From positions 10,917-74,916 of the forward strand of contig NW_021833433.1 in the NCBI RefSeq assembly GCF_006345805.1: DNA of 64,000 nucleotides, written 5' to 3'. This document shows, piece by piece, positions 1 through 12,444 of this stretch (the stretch's first letter is position 1; every line of letters begins with the position of its first letter). Below the pieces are notes generated by a model, which had not been told where the DNA came from, made no database searches, and was given only the letters and a program-made list of their open reading frames with translations. The stretch is from Octopus sinensis (lineage: Eukaryota). The position numbers were made by a program, and so were the translations under genes.

Positions 1-163
1 CCAATACCTTCAAGAACTACCAAAAACCCCAGCTAAAATAAACACATGGCTACCTTGATATAATTATATACATATGTACATTATTCCTAATTTAATGTAT
101 TAATTGCCTATAAATTTTTATAGCATGCTGACTACTTGATAAAATCATTAACATGATTTTTAT

Positions 164-209
<46 letters not shown>

Positions 210-594
210 ACATATATAAAAGAGACAACACAGGAAAATGATTATGTTATGAACTTCATTGGCTTGTGGCTGTTTCTGCTATAAGATGTAATGGTCTCTT
301 AGATGAGTGCCTGAATAATGTCCCGTAGCTTCATCAGAGTCTCGAATATGAAGTGCAATTTCTTTGGGAAAGAATTAACTTTGTGAAACATCTGTATATT
401 GAGGTCTACACCAGGTTCTTAGTCTTGCAATGCCTAAGCGAAATATATAAACATGTACATGTATCTGTGAGTGTGTGTGAGAGAGGATGTTATTCAGGCA
501 TTCAACCATGGGTCCACTGCATTTTATAGCAGAACAACTGTAAGCAAATGAATTTCATAACATGACCATCATTGTTACTGTGTCATCTCTTTTT

Positions 595-629
<35 letters not shown>

Positions 630-924
630 AATATTGAATTTCTAAATATCTCATAGAGATATGTACGGTGGTGTGGCGATAGAATGGTTGTATACTGTCA
701 ATTTAGCGTGACAGTAGGGGATTACACCACCGCTGTTTAGCCCTAGGAAGCATCAATGCCTCCTGATGGCTTCGAAACATTTTTCCTGTGTCCTTATATA
801 TTTACGAAGAGGAGACAAATATATATATATATATACTAGCAGCTAAGCCCAGTTTCACCCGGTTGGTTTGGATGGTGTGGCTGTAAAACCTGTTCTGTGT
901 AAGCATTCGAATTGTTTGGGCACG

Positions 925-1294
925 CTTACAGAGAAGCTTGGATTTGGTCATTCAACGACATCTGCATACCATTGGAAAAGTCAGCAAATTGGGTCAATGG
1001 GTTCTCTGCAAATTTTCCCAGTCTAATTGCACGTAGAGAGTGAATGTGTGCTCTTCTTTGCTGTCACAGCTCACAAATGAACCTTTTTTGGACCGTATAG
1101 TGACTGGTGACTAGAAATGAGTTCTCTATGAAAATGTCAAGCATCGAAGACAGTGGGTAGAGAAAGGAGAAACAACCACATATGGTGTTGTTATCTGTTT
1201 GGTGGGATGTGAAAGATTTAGTCCACTTTGAACTTTTAAACCCAAACCAAACAATACGAAAGGCGATTTTCTGAGAGCAGCTTGAGTGGCTTAA
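925..1294 (+). pseudogene. Mariner transposase pseudogene, HTH end and first catalytic Asp
   Basis: Reads EKLGFGHST...KLGQWV...NVCSSLLSQLTNEPFLDRIVTGD*K*VLYENVKHRRQWV...MVLLSVWWDVKDLVHFELLNPNQTI...EQLEWL with stops and frameshifts. Interrupted at TTAA 1291-1294. Confidence 0.9.
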
Positions 1295-1781
1295 CCCTTT
1301 CGTTACCAACCTGGCTCTGGCTCTGTAGTACAAATGTCTTGTTTTCATAAGTTTTGAATTAAAATCTTCCACTAAACCTTAGTCACAATTTATGTTCCTA
1401 ACACTAGCTTAATGATAACTAAGTTATTTTACTAAATTCTCTGTTATATTTAAAGTAATTGAACGAAACACAGAGCATCTCAACAGAAATGTGGTAACAA
1501 AAGGGTTCAAGTCACCATGATATTCTTAACCCTTTTGATACCAACCCGGCTGAAACCGCCTCTGGTTCTGTAGTACAAATGTCTTGTTTTCATAAGTTTT
1601 GAATTAAAATCTTCCACTAAACCTTAGTCACAATTTATGTTCCTAACACTAGCTTAATGATAACTAAGTTATTTTACTAAATTCTCTGTTATATTTAAAG
1701 TAATTGAACGAAACACAGAGCATCTCAACAGAAATACGGTAACAAAAGTAATTGAAAGAAATACAGTAATGAAAGGGTTAA
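1291..1781. mobile_element. piggyBac-type MITE dimer (two ~215-255 bp units plus 16-bp spacer)
   Basis: Termini TTAA-CCCTTTCGTTACC ... GTAATGAAAGGG-TTAA. Excising 1291-1777 restores the mariner frame (QLEWL-KSALEEK). Confidence 0.88.
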
Positions 1782-2146
1782 AGTCAGCACTAGAAGAAAA
1801 ATGACCATCTTTGGTTTCAAGAGGAAAGGTGTTCTTCCATCAGGATAATGGTTGGCTGCATGCAGCGAAGATGACATTCCAAAGGTTGGAGCAGATTGAA
1901 TGGGAAACAATGCCCCACATACCATATTTGCCAAACATGGCCCCGACTCCCAACCGATTATCATTTATTCCACAGTCTTCAAAATCATTTGGACGGAAAA
2001 TATATGAATTCTGTAGACAAGTCAGGACAGTACTGGCGGAGTATTTTTCATCACGGACCAGTGAACTTTGGAAGAGGGGCCTTGCAAGTCAACCAGATAG
2101 ATGGAAGAGCATTGTAGAAAATGAAGGAGAGTATATTTTAGATTAC
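1778..2146 (+). pseudogene. Mariner transposase C-terminal part, copy 1 (DD34D)
   Basis: LKSALEEK...FFHQDNGWLH...PHIPYLPNMAPT(7-nt insertion)DYHLFHSLQNHLDG...PDRWKSIVENEGEYILD. There are 34 residues between the second and third Asp once the insertion is removed. Confidence 0.92.
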
Positions 2147-2397
2147 CCTTTTGTTACCAACCCAGCTGAAACGTCTCTAGCTCTGTGGTACTAATGTCTT
2201 GTTTTCATAAGTTTTGAATTAAATCTTCCCACAAGACTTTAATCACAATTTATATTCCTAACACCAGCTTAATGATAACTAAGTTATTTTACTAAATTCT
2301 CTGTTATATTTAAAGTAAGGTGAACGAAACACAGAGCATCTCAACAGAAATACGGTAACAAAAGTAATTGAAAAATACACAGTAATGAAAGGGTTAA
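2143..2397. mobile_element. piggyBac-type MITE, chimeric copy
   Basis: Same family. Its left part matches copy 2760-2987 and its right end matches unit 1526-1781. Confidence 0.85.
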
Positions 2398-2763
2398 AGT
2401 CAGCACTAGAAGAAAAATGACCATCTTTGTGTTTCAAGAGGAAAGGTTTTCTTCCATCAGGATAATGGTTGGCTGCATGCAGCGAAGATGACATTCCAAA
2501 GGTTGGAGCAGATTGAATGGGAAACAATGCCCCACAATACCATATTTGCCAAACATGGCCCCGACTCCCAACCGATTATCATTTATTCCACAGTCTTCAA
2601 AATCATTGGACGGAAAATATATGAATTCTGTAGACAAGTCAGGACAGTACTGGCGGAGTATTTTTCATCACGGACCAGTGAACTTTGGAAGAGGGGCCTT
2701 GCAAGTCAACCAGATAGATGGAAGAGCATTGTAGAAAATGAAGGAGAGTATATTTTAGATTAA
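2394..2763 (+). pseudogene. Mariner transposase C-terminal part, tandem copy 2
   Basis: Near-identical to 1778-2146, differing by single-base indels. The stop codon TAA overlaps the TTAA at 2760-2763. A probable 3' UTR/TIR remnant continues at 2988-3062. Confidence 0.9.
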
Positions 2764-2987
2764 CCCTTTTGTTACCAACCCAGCTGAAACCGTCTCTAGC
2801 TCTGTGGTACTAATGTCTTGTTTTCATAAGTTTTGAATTAAAATCTTCCACCAGACTTTAATCACAATTTATATTCCTAACACCAGCTTAATGATAACTA
2901 AGTTATTTTACTAAATTTTTTGTTATATTTAAGTAATTGAAACAAACACAGAGCATCTCAACAGAAATACAGTAACGAAAGGGTTAA
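2760..2987. mobile_element. piggyBac-type MITE
   Basis: TTAA-CCCTTTTGTTACC ... GTAACGAAAGGG-TTAA, inserted at the mariner stop codon. Confidence 0.9.
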
Positions 2988-3320
2988 GAAAGAACTTTAT
3001 CTTAATTTTTAAAAATAAAAGAAGTATAAAAAAACCCCACATTATTTATGGAATGAGCAGTTAGATAGATAGACGGATAGATAGATACTGATTAGATCTT
3101 ACAGTTTGTTAGCCAATGTTATCATGGTATCATTAGAGGTTAAGATACTGTGAAAAAAACATAGGGTAACAGTCAACCAGTTGTAAGATCTGGATCTACA
3201 CACATACACAAACACAGAATGACCTCTGATGATACTGTGATAGCACAAAGAAACAGCCAGCCAGCCAGATGGGAGGCCTGAATCTAAATCAGTACACATA
3301 CACACACACACACATATATA

Positions 3321-3553
3321 TCACGTAACCGACCAGACCATCAGATGTTGTTACACATCGCTGGTCACAATGCGCTTTGCATTTTTTTTTTTGCCTTCGA
3401 ATGACGCCACCCCGCTGGCTAAGCGGGGCAGGCCAACAGAGGAAAGAGTGGGAGAAAGTTGTGGTGAAAGAATACAGCAGGGATCGCCACCACCCCCTGC
3501 CGGAGCCTCGTGGAGCTTTTTAGGTGTTTTCGCTCAATAAACACTCACAACGC
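3321..3553 (-). mobile_element. tRNA-derived SINE, 5'-truncated (family A, tail type 1)
   Basis: Reverse complement of the body and tail of 10371-10655. Confidence 0.8.
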
Positions 3554-3554
3554 T

Positions 3555-3590
<36 letters not shown>

Positions 3591-3597
3591 ATATATA

Positions 3598-3838
3598 ATA
3601 TTAAATTAGAGACAAAACCACTATTAGGCAAATCATACAATGAAAAACTTAAGCCAATACATAAGATTATTTAATATAACAAAATTATTAAAAAAATATA
3701 ATTAAGTGTTATATTAATTATATTTTTTTAATAATTTTGTTACATATTTAAATAATATAAATTAAATAATCTTATGTATTGGCTTAAGTTTTTCATTGTT
3801 TGATTTGCCTAATAGTGGTTTTGTCTCTAATTTAATAT
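3598..3838. repeat. AT-rich near-perfect palindrome (~240 bp)
   Basis: Arms 3598-3675 and 3761-3838 differ by one mismatch. Inner arms at about 3680-3705 and 3715-3740. Confidence 0.9.
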
Positions 3839-5128
3839 AATATAATATTTTACTATAAAATTGGATTCAATCCTAAATCTGATTTTTCCCTGTAAGTTTG
3901 GATTTATTCCCTAATATTTTATTATATACACACACACACATATATTATATATAGAGAGAGAGACAAATACACATCTGACTTCTGATTATGCTATGAACCC
4001 ACAGAGAGAAAGAGACAGTCAACCAACCAGCTGCCAAGTTGGAATTTAAATTTATACATTGTTCCTTATTTCTAACTCCCACATTTCCATGCTTGCATAG
4101 ATCAGAGACCCCTATGACCAGGGGCTGCTGGTAACATGTGACTGGGTACAATCTGTAACCGCACAACCATAGCTGTATTCAGTTGATCTTCTAACTCTAA
4201 GTGTGCATTATTAGAATCTGTCCGTGCAGTTAAATCCTTAAATCCTTAAAAATGTTTTAGCCCGAAGGCCGCGGCCATGCTGGGGCACCACCGCCGGATA
4301 AGAGTATTTCTTATGAGGTTAGGACATCAACTTTAATAAGTTGTTTGTTATTAGTGGGTAGGATTAATTTAGTTAGGCTGTTAAAATATCAATCATCATC
4401 ATCAGCATCATGATTTAATGTCGACCGGGGTCTGGGAAGCCAGGATGCTGCACCAGGCTCCAGTCTGATCAGGCAGGATTTCTACAGCTGGATGCCCTTC
4501 CTGACACCAACCATACCCCAGATTGAGGTGAGTGCTTCTTGCGTGACACCAGTGCAAGCAAGGCCAGATTTGGCATGGCTTTTTTACATCTGGATGCCCT
4601 TCCAAAAGCCAACAGCTTTACAGTGTGGACTGGGTACTTTTTAAGTGGCACCTGCATTGGTGGGGTCACCAAGTAACTTGCAAGACGAGGAATCATCATC
4701 ATCATCATCATTTAGCATCTGTTGTCCATGCTGGCATGGGTTGGACAGTTTGACCAGGGCTGGTAAGCCGAGGTGTTTGTGAACATACCTTGTGGTGAAC
4801 TCTCCCTGTGGGGAACTGGTTATGGGGGTCCACCAGAATAAAATAGTAATCAGAGGGTTCACAGATAAAAAGTGGTTGAGAACCCCCTGATCTAATCAAT
4901 CAACAACATTTCAGAACAGCCATGCTTGAGTACCAGCTGTTGGCAGGCATAAAAGGGGACAGGTCGAAGATCATTTGGCAGCAGATGTTCCAAGATGATC
5001 TGAAGATGGTCCACATTACAGGGAATAGGGGTGTAAGGGGAGCAGCTGAACCCAGTGGAGGAACTTTGCTGCCCAATGTGCCAGGGAGTGCAGGAAGGCC
5101 TAAAAACTAACACAACCACCACTAAAAC

Positions 5129-5352
5129 CTATTTCTTTATTACCCACAAGGGGCTAAACACAGAGGGGACAAACAAGGACAGACATAGGTATTAAGTCGA
5201 TTACATTGACCCCAGTGCGTAACTGGTACTTAATTTATCGACCCCGAGAGGATGAAAGGCAAAGTCGACCTCGGCGGAATTTGAACTCAGAACGTAACGG
5301 CAGACGAAATACCGCTAAGCATTTCGACCAACGTGCTAATGTTTCTGCCAGT
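5129..5352 (-). mobile_element. tRNA-derived SINE family C
   Basis: Reverse complement of ggcggcgagctggcaga...gagttcaaattccgccgaggtcgactttgcctttcatcc...gtaaagaaatag. Confidence 0.82.
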
Positions 5353-5816
5353 TCTCCACCTCTAAAACCATTAACTTTCACCATATGTCAACTACCACAA
5401 CAACAACAACTACCAACACCACCACTTCTACTACAACCACCACAATAAGGTAAGTGACTAACAAGGCTCCTTCCAATTGACACACTTCCTGCAGCCTCAA
5501 CACTGAAGTATCAACATGACAGCAACCTCATCCAACACCACCACATGCCTTCTACTAATGGCAGTGTAGGCGGTTTCTTAGTGTTTGAAGATCATGAAGA
5601 GTGACACACCCTTAAGTGGTTATGCAAACCGATCCTTGATGCTGTAGGGCTTTTCCTTCCTGCCTGGCCTTTGTAGTTTTCAAGTGAGAGTCTGTCCATG
5701 TAATCCTGTCGTATTCTTTAGACTTGGAGCTCTGACCACAGGGGCTAAGACAGCTGCAGTGACCACCAAGTTGTAGTGTTTACATTGGAGTGACCTTACC
5801 CTAGGTGAATTACCTT

Positions 5817-6130
5817 GACTTGACAGCATTCACCCGGGTTGGGTTGAGCTGGCTTCATTCATCCTCAATGCTGCATCTCTCACAAACGCTGACCAGGCCT
5901 GGCGATTTGAGGCTAATGACCGCGTGATCTCCAACCACTCCTTATTCCAGCGGCAAACGCCGTAGATATGGGGGCCTAGGCTGGGCTCCAGATCAGCCTT
6001 GACTGTCATCAGCCAGGTTTTCATTGTCTACCACATCGCTTTTGCCAACCCTGAAGGGGAGCTGGGGCAATTGCTTCGTAGGTTGGATTCCAGATCAGCC
6101 TTGACTGTCATCAGCCAGGTTTTTCGTTGT
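5817..6130 (-). mobile_element. RTE-type LINE 3' end, 5'-truncated, 16-bp TSD
   Basis: ORF end RKTWLMTVKADLEP...NRQAWSAFVRDAALRMNEASSTQPG*, with a (CAAGT)n tail. CTAGGTGAATTACCTT occurs at 5801-5816 and 6131-6146. Confidence 0.82.
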
Positions 6131-6491
6131 CTAGGTGAATTACCTTACAGGGATGGAGAGCTCCAGCAACCCAGGTGTTGCTGGAAGGGTGTAAAGAGGA
6201 CACTGAACTGCCCCAGGGACACCACTCTTCTATTTGCTGTCAAGGTATTCACCCCAAGCCTTTTCCTTTCTCAAGGCCTTTACAAGGCAGTGGGGGGTTG
6301 TGGTTGGAAGTTTCTTCCACAACATGATAATTCACCAATTGCTAGGACCCTGACAGGTGCTACTGCTGGAGTCATAGTAGACCCAGGAACAATAGTTCCA
6401 CACCTCTCCAAACCCTCGAACCCCTGAATTAGGGTTCCACCACCAGATGCAGTTTGAAGTCATACTGGGGACAATAACTTCAACTATCATC

Positions 6492-7055
6492 GTCAACCCC
6501 TTCAGGGTTGGCGAAGGCGATGTGGTGGACAACGAAAAACCTGGTTGATGACAGTCAAGGCCGATCTGGAACCCAACCTATGAAGCAATTGCCCCAGCTC
6601 CCCTTCAGGGTTGGCGAAAGCGATGTGGTGGACAACGAAAAACCTGGTTGATGAGTCAAGGCTGATCTGGAACCCAACCTACAAAGCAATTGCCCCAACT
6701 CCCCTTTAGGGTTGATGAAAGCGATGTGGTAGACAATGAAAAACCTGGTTGATGAGTCAAGGCTGATCTGGAACCCAACCTACGAAGCAATTGCCTCAGC
6801 TCCCCATCAGGGTTGGCGAAAGCGATGTGGTGGACAACGAAAAACCTGGTTGATGACAGTCAAGGCTGTTCTGGAACCCAACCTAGGCCCCCATATCTAC
6901 GGCATTCGCCACTGGAATAAGGAGTGGTCGGAGATCACGCGGTCGTTAGCTTCAAATCACCAGGCCTGGTCGGCGTTTGTGAGAGATGCAGCATTGAGGA
7001 TGAATGAAGCCAGCTCAACCCACCCCGGGTGAATGCTGTCTCAAGTCAAGTCAAG
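6492..7055 (+). mobile_element. RTE-type LINE 3' end with four ~101-103 bp internal tandem units, 12-bp TSD
   Basis: Same family as 5817-6130. TCAACTATCATC occurs at 6480-6491 and 7056-7067. Units start at about 6497, 6601, 6701 and 6802. Confidence 0.82.
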
Positions 7056-8734
7056 TCAACTATCATCATCACCATCAACATAAAATCTCCGTTTTCCATG
7101 CTGGCATGGGTTGGATGGCTTGACAGGAACTGACAAGACCTAGAGTCGCACAAAGTTCCATTAATTATTTTTGGCTTGGTTTCTACAGCTGGTTGCCCTT
7201 CTTAGCACAAACCACTTCACAGAGTATATGGGGACTTTCTACGGGGCACCAGCACCCACACTAATGCTTTTTACGTGGTACCTTGGCCTTAGGATCTTAA
7301 TTCTATTGTGGTACATGGGTCTCCTTGCGTACAGCAGTGCACCGCAAACCTCGGTCCTCTGTCATCTCCATCATAAGGTTCAGTGGTTCAAGATCGGCCT
7401 TCAGTACCTCATCCCTTGTCTTCCTGGGTCTCCCTCTTTCATCAGCACTTCTTTCAACAACAACATGTAAACACACACACAAAATAAACTACACAACCCA
7501 CTACCACCAAAACTACAACATCACACTACCACCACTACTAGTCATTATACAATAACAACACTACTACTACTACTACCACTACCCATACACCACAATATTA
7601 CTAACACTTTCCCTCCTGTTACTTTCTACTGTAGTGAATCTACACCACTACAACTACCACCAACACTACTACAACCACATCTGCTACTACTTCATCTCTT
7701 CCGCATCACCACCACCACTAATGTTACTATTACACAAACACTACTGTTCGCAACATACCACCAGAATACTGCTTCCCCTACAACAATCAGATACCATCAC
7801 CATTATACTACTACCCACACCACACCACTAACGCTATACTGATCACACCAAATCATAATTTTACCACCACCACCATACTACCACCAACACTGTGCCACAA
7901 TTATTACCACTACTAAACCACTACTGTCAATACCACTACCACAGCTAAGCTACCAGCACTAACACCATACTGATGATACTACATCACAACTACTGCCACC
8001 ACAACCACCACCACCATTATGCTACGACCACAACTAATATCATGACCACACCATACCACTACCATCGACACTATACCACAAGTACTTCCACCAACACTAG
8101 ACAACTACCACCACCACCACCACCCCACACAACACATACTACCACCACCACTATTATGCTACGACCACAACTAATATCATGACCACACCATACCACTACC
8201 ACCGACACTATACCACGACTACTTCCACCAACACTAGACAACTACCACCACCACCACCCCACACAACATATACTACCACCAACACCACCACCCCACACAA
8301 CACATACTACCACCACCACCACCACCCCACACAACACATACTACCACCACCCCACACAACACATACTACCACCAACACCACCATCACCACCATCACCACA
8401 CCCTCTTTTCAACTGCAGAAAAACTAATTAATATCAGGAAGAACAAAAAAAATAGAAGAAAAATGAAAAAAAAAAAAAAAATAAATAAAAAGGCAGGGTC
8501 AAGTGCCACAATAAGGTCACAGACAGGGTGGTTTCCATGGCAACCGGCTAATATCAGAGGAAGTGGGGCTTGAACCTGGATCTTTTTAACTGCCATGAAT
8601 GAAAGGAGGCGGTAGCCACTGAAGTGGTGGTCATTATTGGATGAATTAAAGAAGTGACATATGATACAGGGAAACAAACATGTTTTGGGTTTTAATTAAG
8701 AAAATGAAAACCAGGATGTCTACGTGGTTGCTTA

Positions 8735-9830
8735 ACTGGCTAGAAATAGCAGCTAAAGCTCCTTCAAATCACATCCTACGGTCTTTTGTATGTATAGATG
8801 TATGAGCCAGTGAGGGAGATCTCTGCATGGTAGCTAGAAATATCAGCTAAATCTCACTCAAACCACACTCTAGTGTCTTATGTATGTATATATAGTTAGT
8901 TAGTTAATTCTTTGGCTCAAAAGCAAATAGCATGGCCATGTAGGGGGACATGGAGTTAAGTACAGGGTGGTGTTCATGTAAAGAGTTCAGGCCACTTGAG
9001 GTCAAGGGAGGCTTTGAACAAAGCGGTCATCGGCATCTTCACCATCTCGTCTGGCAGCTTGTTCCACGGATCCGCAACCCGGACGGAGAAAGCTCCTCTC
9101 CTTCGATTGAGATGAAATCGTCGCAGATAGAGCTTTTCTGAGCGACCCTGCAGCCGACGCTCTGGAGCAGGAGTGAAGAACAGCTCTTTCGAGAGGTTAC
9201 ACTTTCCGCTTATGATGTTGTGAGCGAGAATGAGATCACCACGGCGGCGGTGACAAGACCTGGTAGAAATAGCAGCCAAATCTTTCAAATTACACCCCAC
9301 TGTCTTAGGTCTTATGTATGTCTGTATAAGCCAATGGCAGAAACCACTACATGGTCGCTAGAAACATCAGCTAAATCTCCCTCAAAGCACACACTATTGT
9401 CTTATATATGTACAAATAGTAGCAAGAGCGGGTAGAAATAGCAGCCAAATCTCTTTTAAATTACACCTACTGTCTTGTGTATGTGTGAGCCAGTGAGGGC
9501 AACCTCTACATGGTAGTGAGATCTGGCAGAAGCAGCAGTCAAATTTCCCTCAAACCTCACTCTACTGTCATGTATGTAAATATATATATTTATGAACCAA
9601 TGGGAGAGACCTCTATATGGTAGCTAGACCTAATAGAAATAGCAACCAAATCTCCCTCTAATTATACCAACTATCTGATGTATGTATAAGCCAGTGTGGG
9701 AAACTACTACATGGTAGCTATAGCTGTTAGAAATAGCAGCGAAATCTCCCTCAAACCAAACCCTACTATTTTATGTATCTATGTATGTATGAGTCAGCGA
9801 AGGAGACTTCTCCATGGTAGCTATACCTAA
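8735..9830 (+). repeat. Diverged ~95-110 bp tandem array (about 9 units), interrupted by a CR1 fragment
   Basis: Recurring (a)tggtagctagaaatagcagccaaatctccctcaaa...gtcttatgtatgt. Confidence 0.8.
8893..9250 (-). mobile_element. CR1-clade LINE 3' fragment
   Basis: RRRGDLILAHNIISG...FSVRVADPWNKLPDEMV...FKASLD, followed by a 3' UTR and (TAAC)n tail. Confidence 0.88.
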
Positions 9831-10370
9831 AAAATTCCTTCTCTTGCAAGTTACTTGGAGACCCTACTGGTGCTGGTGCCATGTAAAAAGCATCCAGTCA
9901 ACATTGTGAAGTGGTTGGCATTTGGAAGGGCATCCAGCTGTAAAAAACAAACACTAAAAAGCACTCAGTTCCCTTAGTGGGGTTGTTGGTGTTAGGAAGG
10001 GCATCCAGCCATAAAAACCACGCCAAAACAGACACAGTAGCCTGGTGTAGTCCTGTACCTGGCCAGCTCCTATCAAACTGTCCAACATATGCCAGCATGG
10101 AAAGGTGGCTGTTCAAGAATTTGGACCTGGAGATCTCCATTTCCAGCGACTTTGAGGGCCACCTCCCAGTGGTGTCAGGGGTCAACGAAGAGCCCTCGAC
10201 TACAACAAGATGACCAAAGTTTTTTCTCCCCCCAAGGTCTGGGGTCTCCCGCCTCTAAGACCTAGACCATCACCTAATCACCCATACCTGTCTTGTTTGC
10301 TTAACAACAACAGCATGGAAGGCAGACATTAAATGATGACGACATGTGTGTGTGTGTGTGTATATATATA

Positions 10371-10655
10371 TGTGGAGGCGCAATGGCCCAGTGGTTAGGG
10401 CAGCGGACTCGCGGTCGTAGGATCGCGGTTTCGATTCCTAGACCGAGCGAAAACACCTAAAAAGCTCCACGAGGCTCCAGCAGGGGATGGTGGCGATCTC
10501 TGCTGTACTCTTTCACCACTCCTTCTCTCACTCTTTCTTCTGTTGGCCTGCTTGCTTAGCCAGTGGGGTGGCGTCATTTGAAGGCTAAAACAATGCAAAG
10601 CGCATTGTGACCAGCGATGTGTAGCAACATCTGATAGCCTGGTCGGTCACAGTGA
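10371..10655 (+). mobile_element. tRNA(Arg)-like SINE (family A, tail type 1)
   Basis: Head has A box TGGCCCAGTGG, anticodon arm with TCG and B box GGTTTCGATTCC. Small internal deletion after the head. Confidence 0.85.
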
Positions 10656-10919
10656 TCATGGTGGTGATATATATATGTCCACATGACTGGTTTCTTTCAT
10701 TTTTTGTTTACCAAATCCCCTCACAAGGTTTTGGTTGACCAGAAGTATAGTTGAAAACACTTGCCCCAACTGCCACGCGGTGGGACTGAACCCAGGACCA
10801 TGTGGTAGGGAAGCATACGTGTAACCACAAAGCCAAGCCTGCATGTACACACACACAGACACACACCTCACAATGTTTTGTTCTTATTCAGATAAACAAC
10901 TTACAGCAATTTTGTAATG

Positions 10920-11599
10920 CGTCACTGTACAAAAAACACACACACGCACGCACACACGCACACGCACCACCAAGCGAATGTAGTATATAGTGCAACATAC
11001 ATCAAATACATACATCATACGCATACTACACAGATACCATATACACACACACAACCATGCACACACCACTTTGTACACCACACAAATCACCTCATATATA
11101 CATATATATACACACACATATATATATACACATACACACACACATATATATACATGCACACACATATATATATACACACACACCCATATACACATACACA
11201 CACACATATATATACATGCACACACATATATATATACACACACACCCATATACACATACACACACACATATATATACATGCACACACATATATATATACA
11301 CACACACCCATATACACATACACACACACATATATATACATGCACACACATATATATATACACATACACACACCAGTGTTTGATGAAAAGTTGAAGTGAC
11401 AAAGCAAACAAGAAAATGCTTAATAAGTATAATTTGCTGTAAGTAACAATTAGAAAATTAATTGAGGAAATGACTCTATATACCTCTCACATACACACAC
11501 ACTAATTGGTTTTACAAGTGGTTGGTTGGTCAGGAATCATACACAAAGAGAATACATTATATATATATATATATATATATATATGGTATATGTATATAT

Positions 11600-11646
<47 letters not shown>

Positions 11647-11967
11647 AATATATATAATATATACATATACACATATATATATATACATATATATATACAT
11701 ATACACACACATATAATATACACACACACACATATATATATATATATATGTATGTATGTATACATATACACATATACATATATACATATACACATATATA
11801 TATATATACATATACACACACATATATATATACATATACACATATATATATATATGCATATACACATATATATATATATACATATACACATATATATATA
11901 TACATATACACATATATATACATATACACACATATATATATACATATACACACATATATATACATAT

Positions 11968-12008
<41 letters not shown>

Positions 12009-12108
12009 TACACATATATATATATACATACATATATATACATATATACATACATACATACTTGCATGTGACCTAGTTATACACAAAGACAATCATATAC
12101 TCACACAG

Positions 12109-12149
<41 letters not shown>

Positions 12150-12170
12150 ATATATATATACCCACATAAT
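10920..12170. repeat. Compound (CA)n/(TA)n microsatellite fields
   Basis: Direct inspection. Includes a 62-bp higher-order repeat at about 11120-11370. Confidence 0.95.
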
Positions 12171-12367
12171 CGGTATATTAAATCTCCTACTCTAAATAAT
12201 TTGTTAATTCTTTGGTAGTTGTCATGCTTATTATATTCGGTAGATAACAATTGTATTTTCACAGTATGAAATAGCTTTAATTTTTCGGTAGTCTAGCTTC
12301 CATCAACTTACCGAAAATGTCATAGTGCCTATTGTTAGTTTATCATATAATATTATCACTATAGCTG

Positions 12368-12444
12368 CTATAATGGCCAAGTGGTTAAGATGCTGGACTT
12401 GAAATCCAATGCGTTGTGCCTGCACAAGTTCAAATCTTGCCTAT
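12368..12444 (+). pseudogene. tRNA-Ser(TGA)-derived sequence
   Basis: atggccaagtggttaag (D arm), tgga-cttgaaa-tcca (anticodon TGA), long variable arm, acaag-ttcaaat-cttgc (T arm). Differences from canonical tRNA-Ser are largely CpG-decay type. The acceptor stem is truncated. Confidence 0.75.

Noticed and set aside
3226-3260. CTGATGA...TGTG-ATAG-CACA...GAAAC
   Set aside because: No NUH or helix I/III, and it is part of a locally repeated diverged segment. Likely chance.
10371-10450. Apparent tRNA-Arg(TCG) gene (also 25205, 23200-23273, 49610-49689, 17066-17140, 23900-23990)
   Set aside because: Acceptor and T stems are incomplete and each continues into a SINE body, so these are SINE heads rather than tRNA genes.
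10884-12150. Many long HT/YI/CV-rich ORFs (also 15955-17033, 25816-26220, 26734-27645, 39409-39877, 55329-57310)
   Set aside because: Microsatellites lack stop codons in most frames, so these are artefacts.
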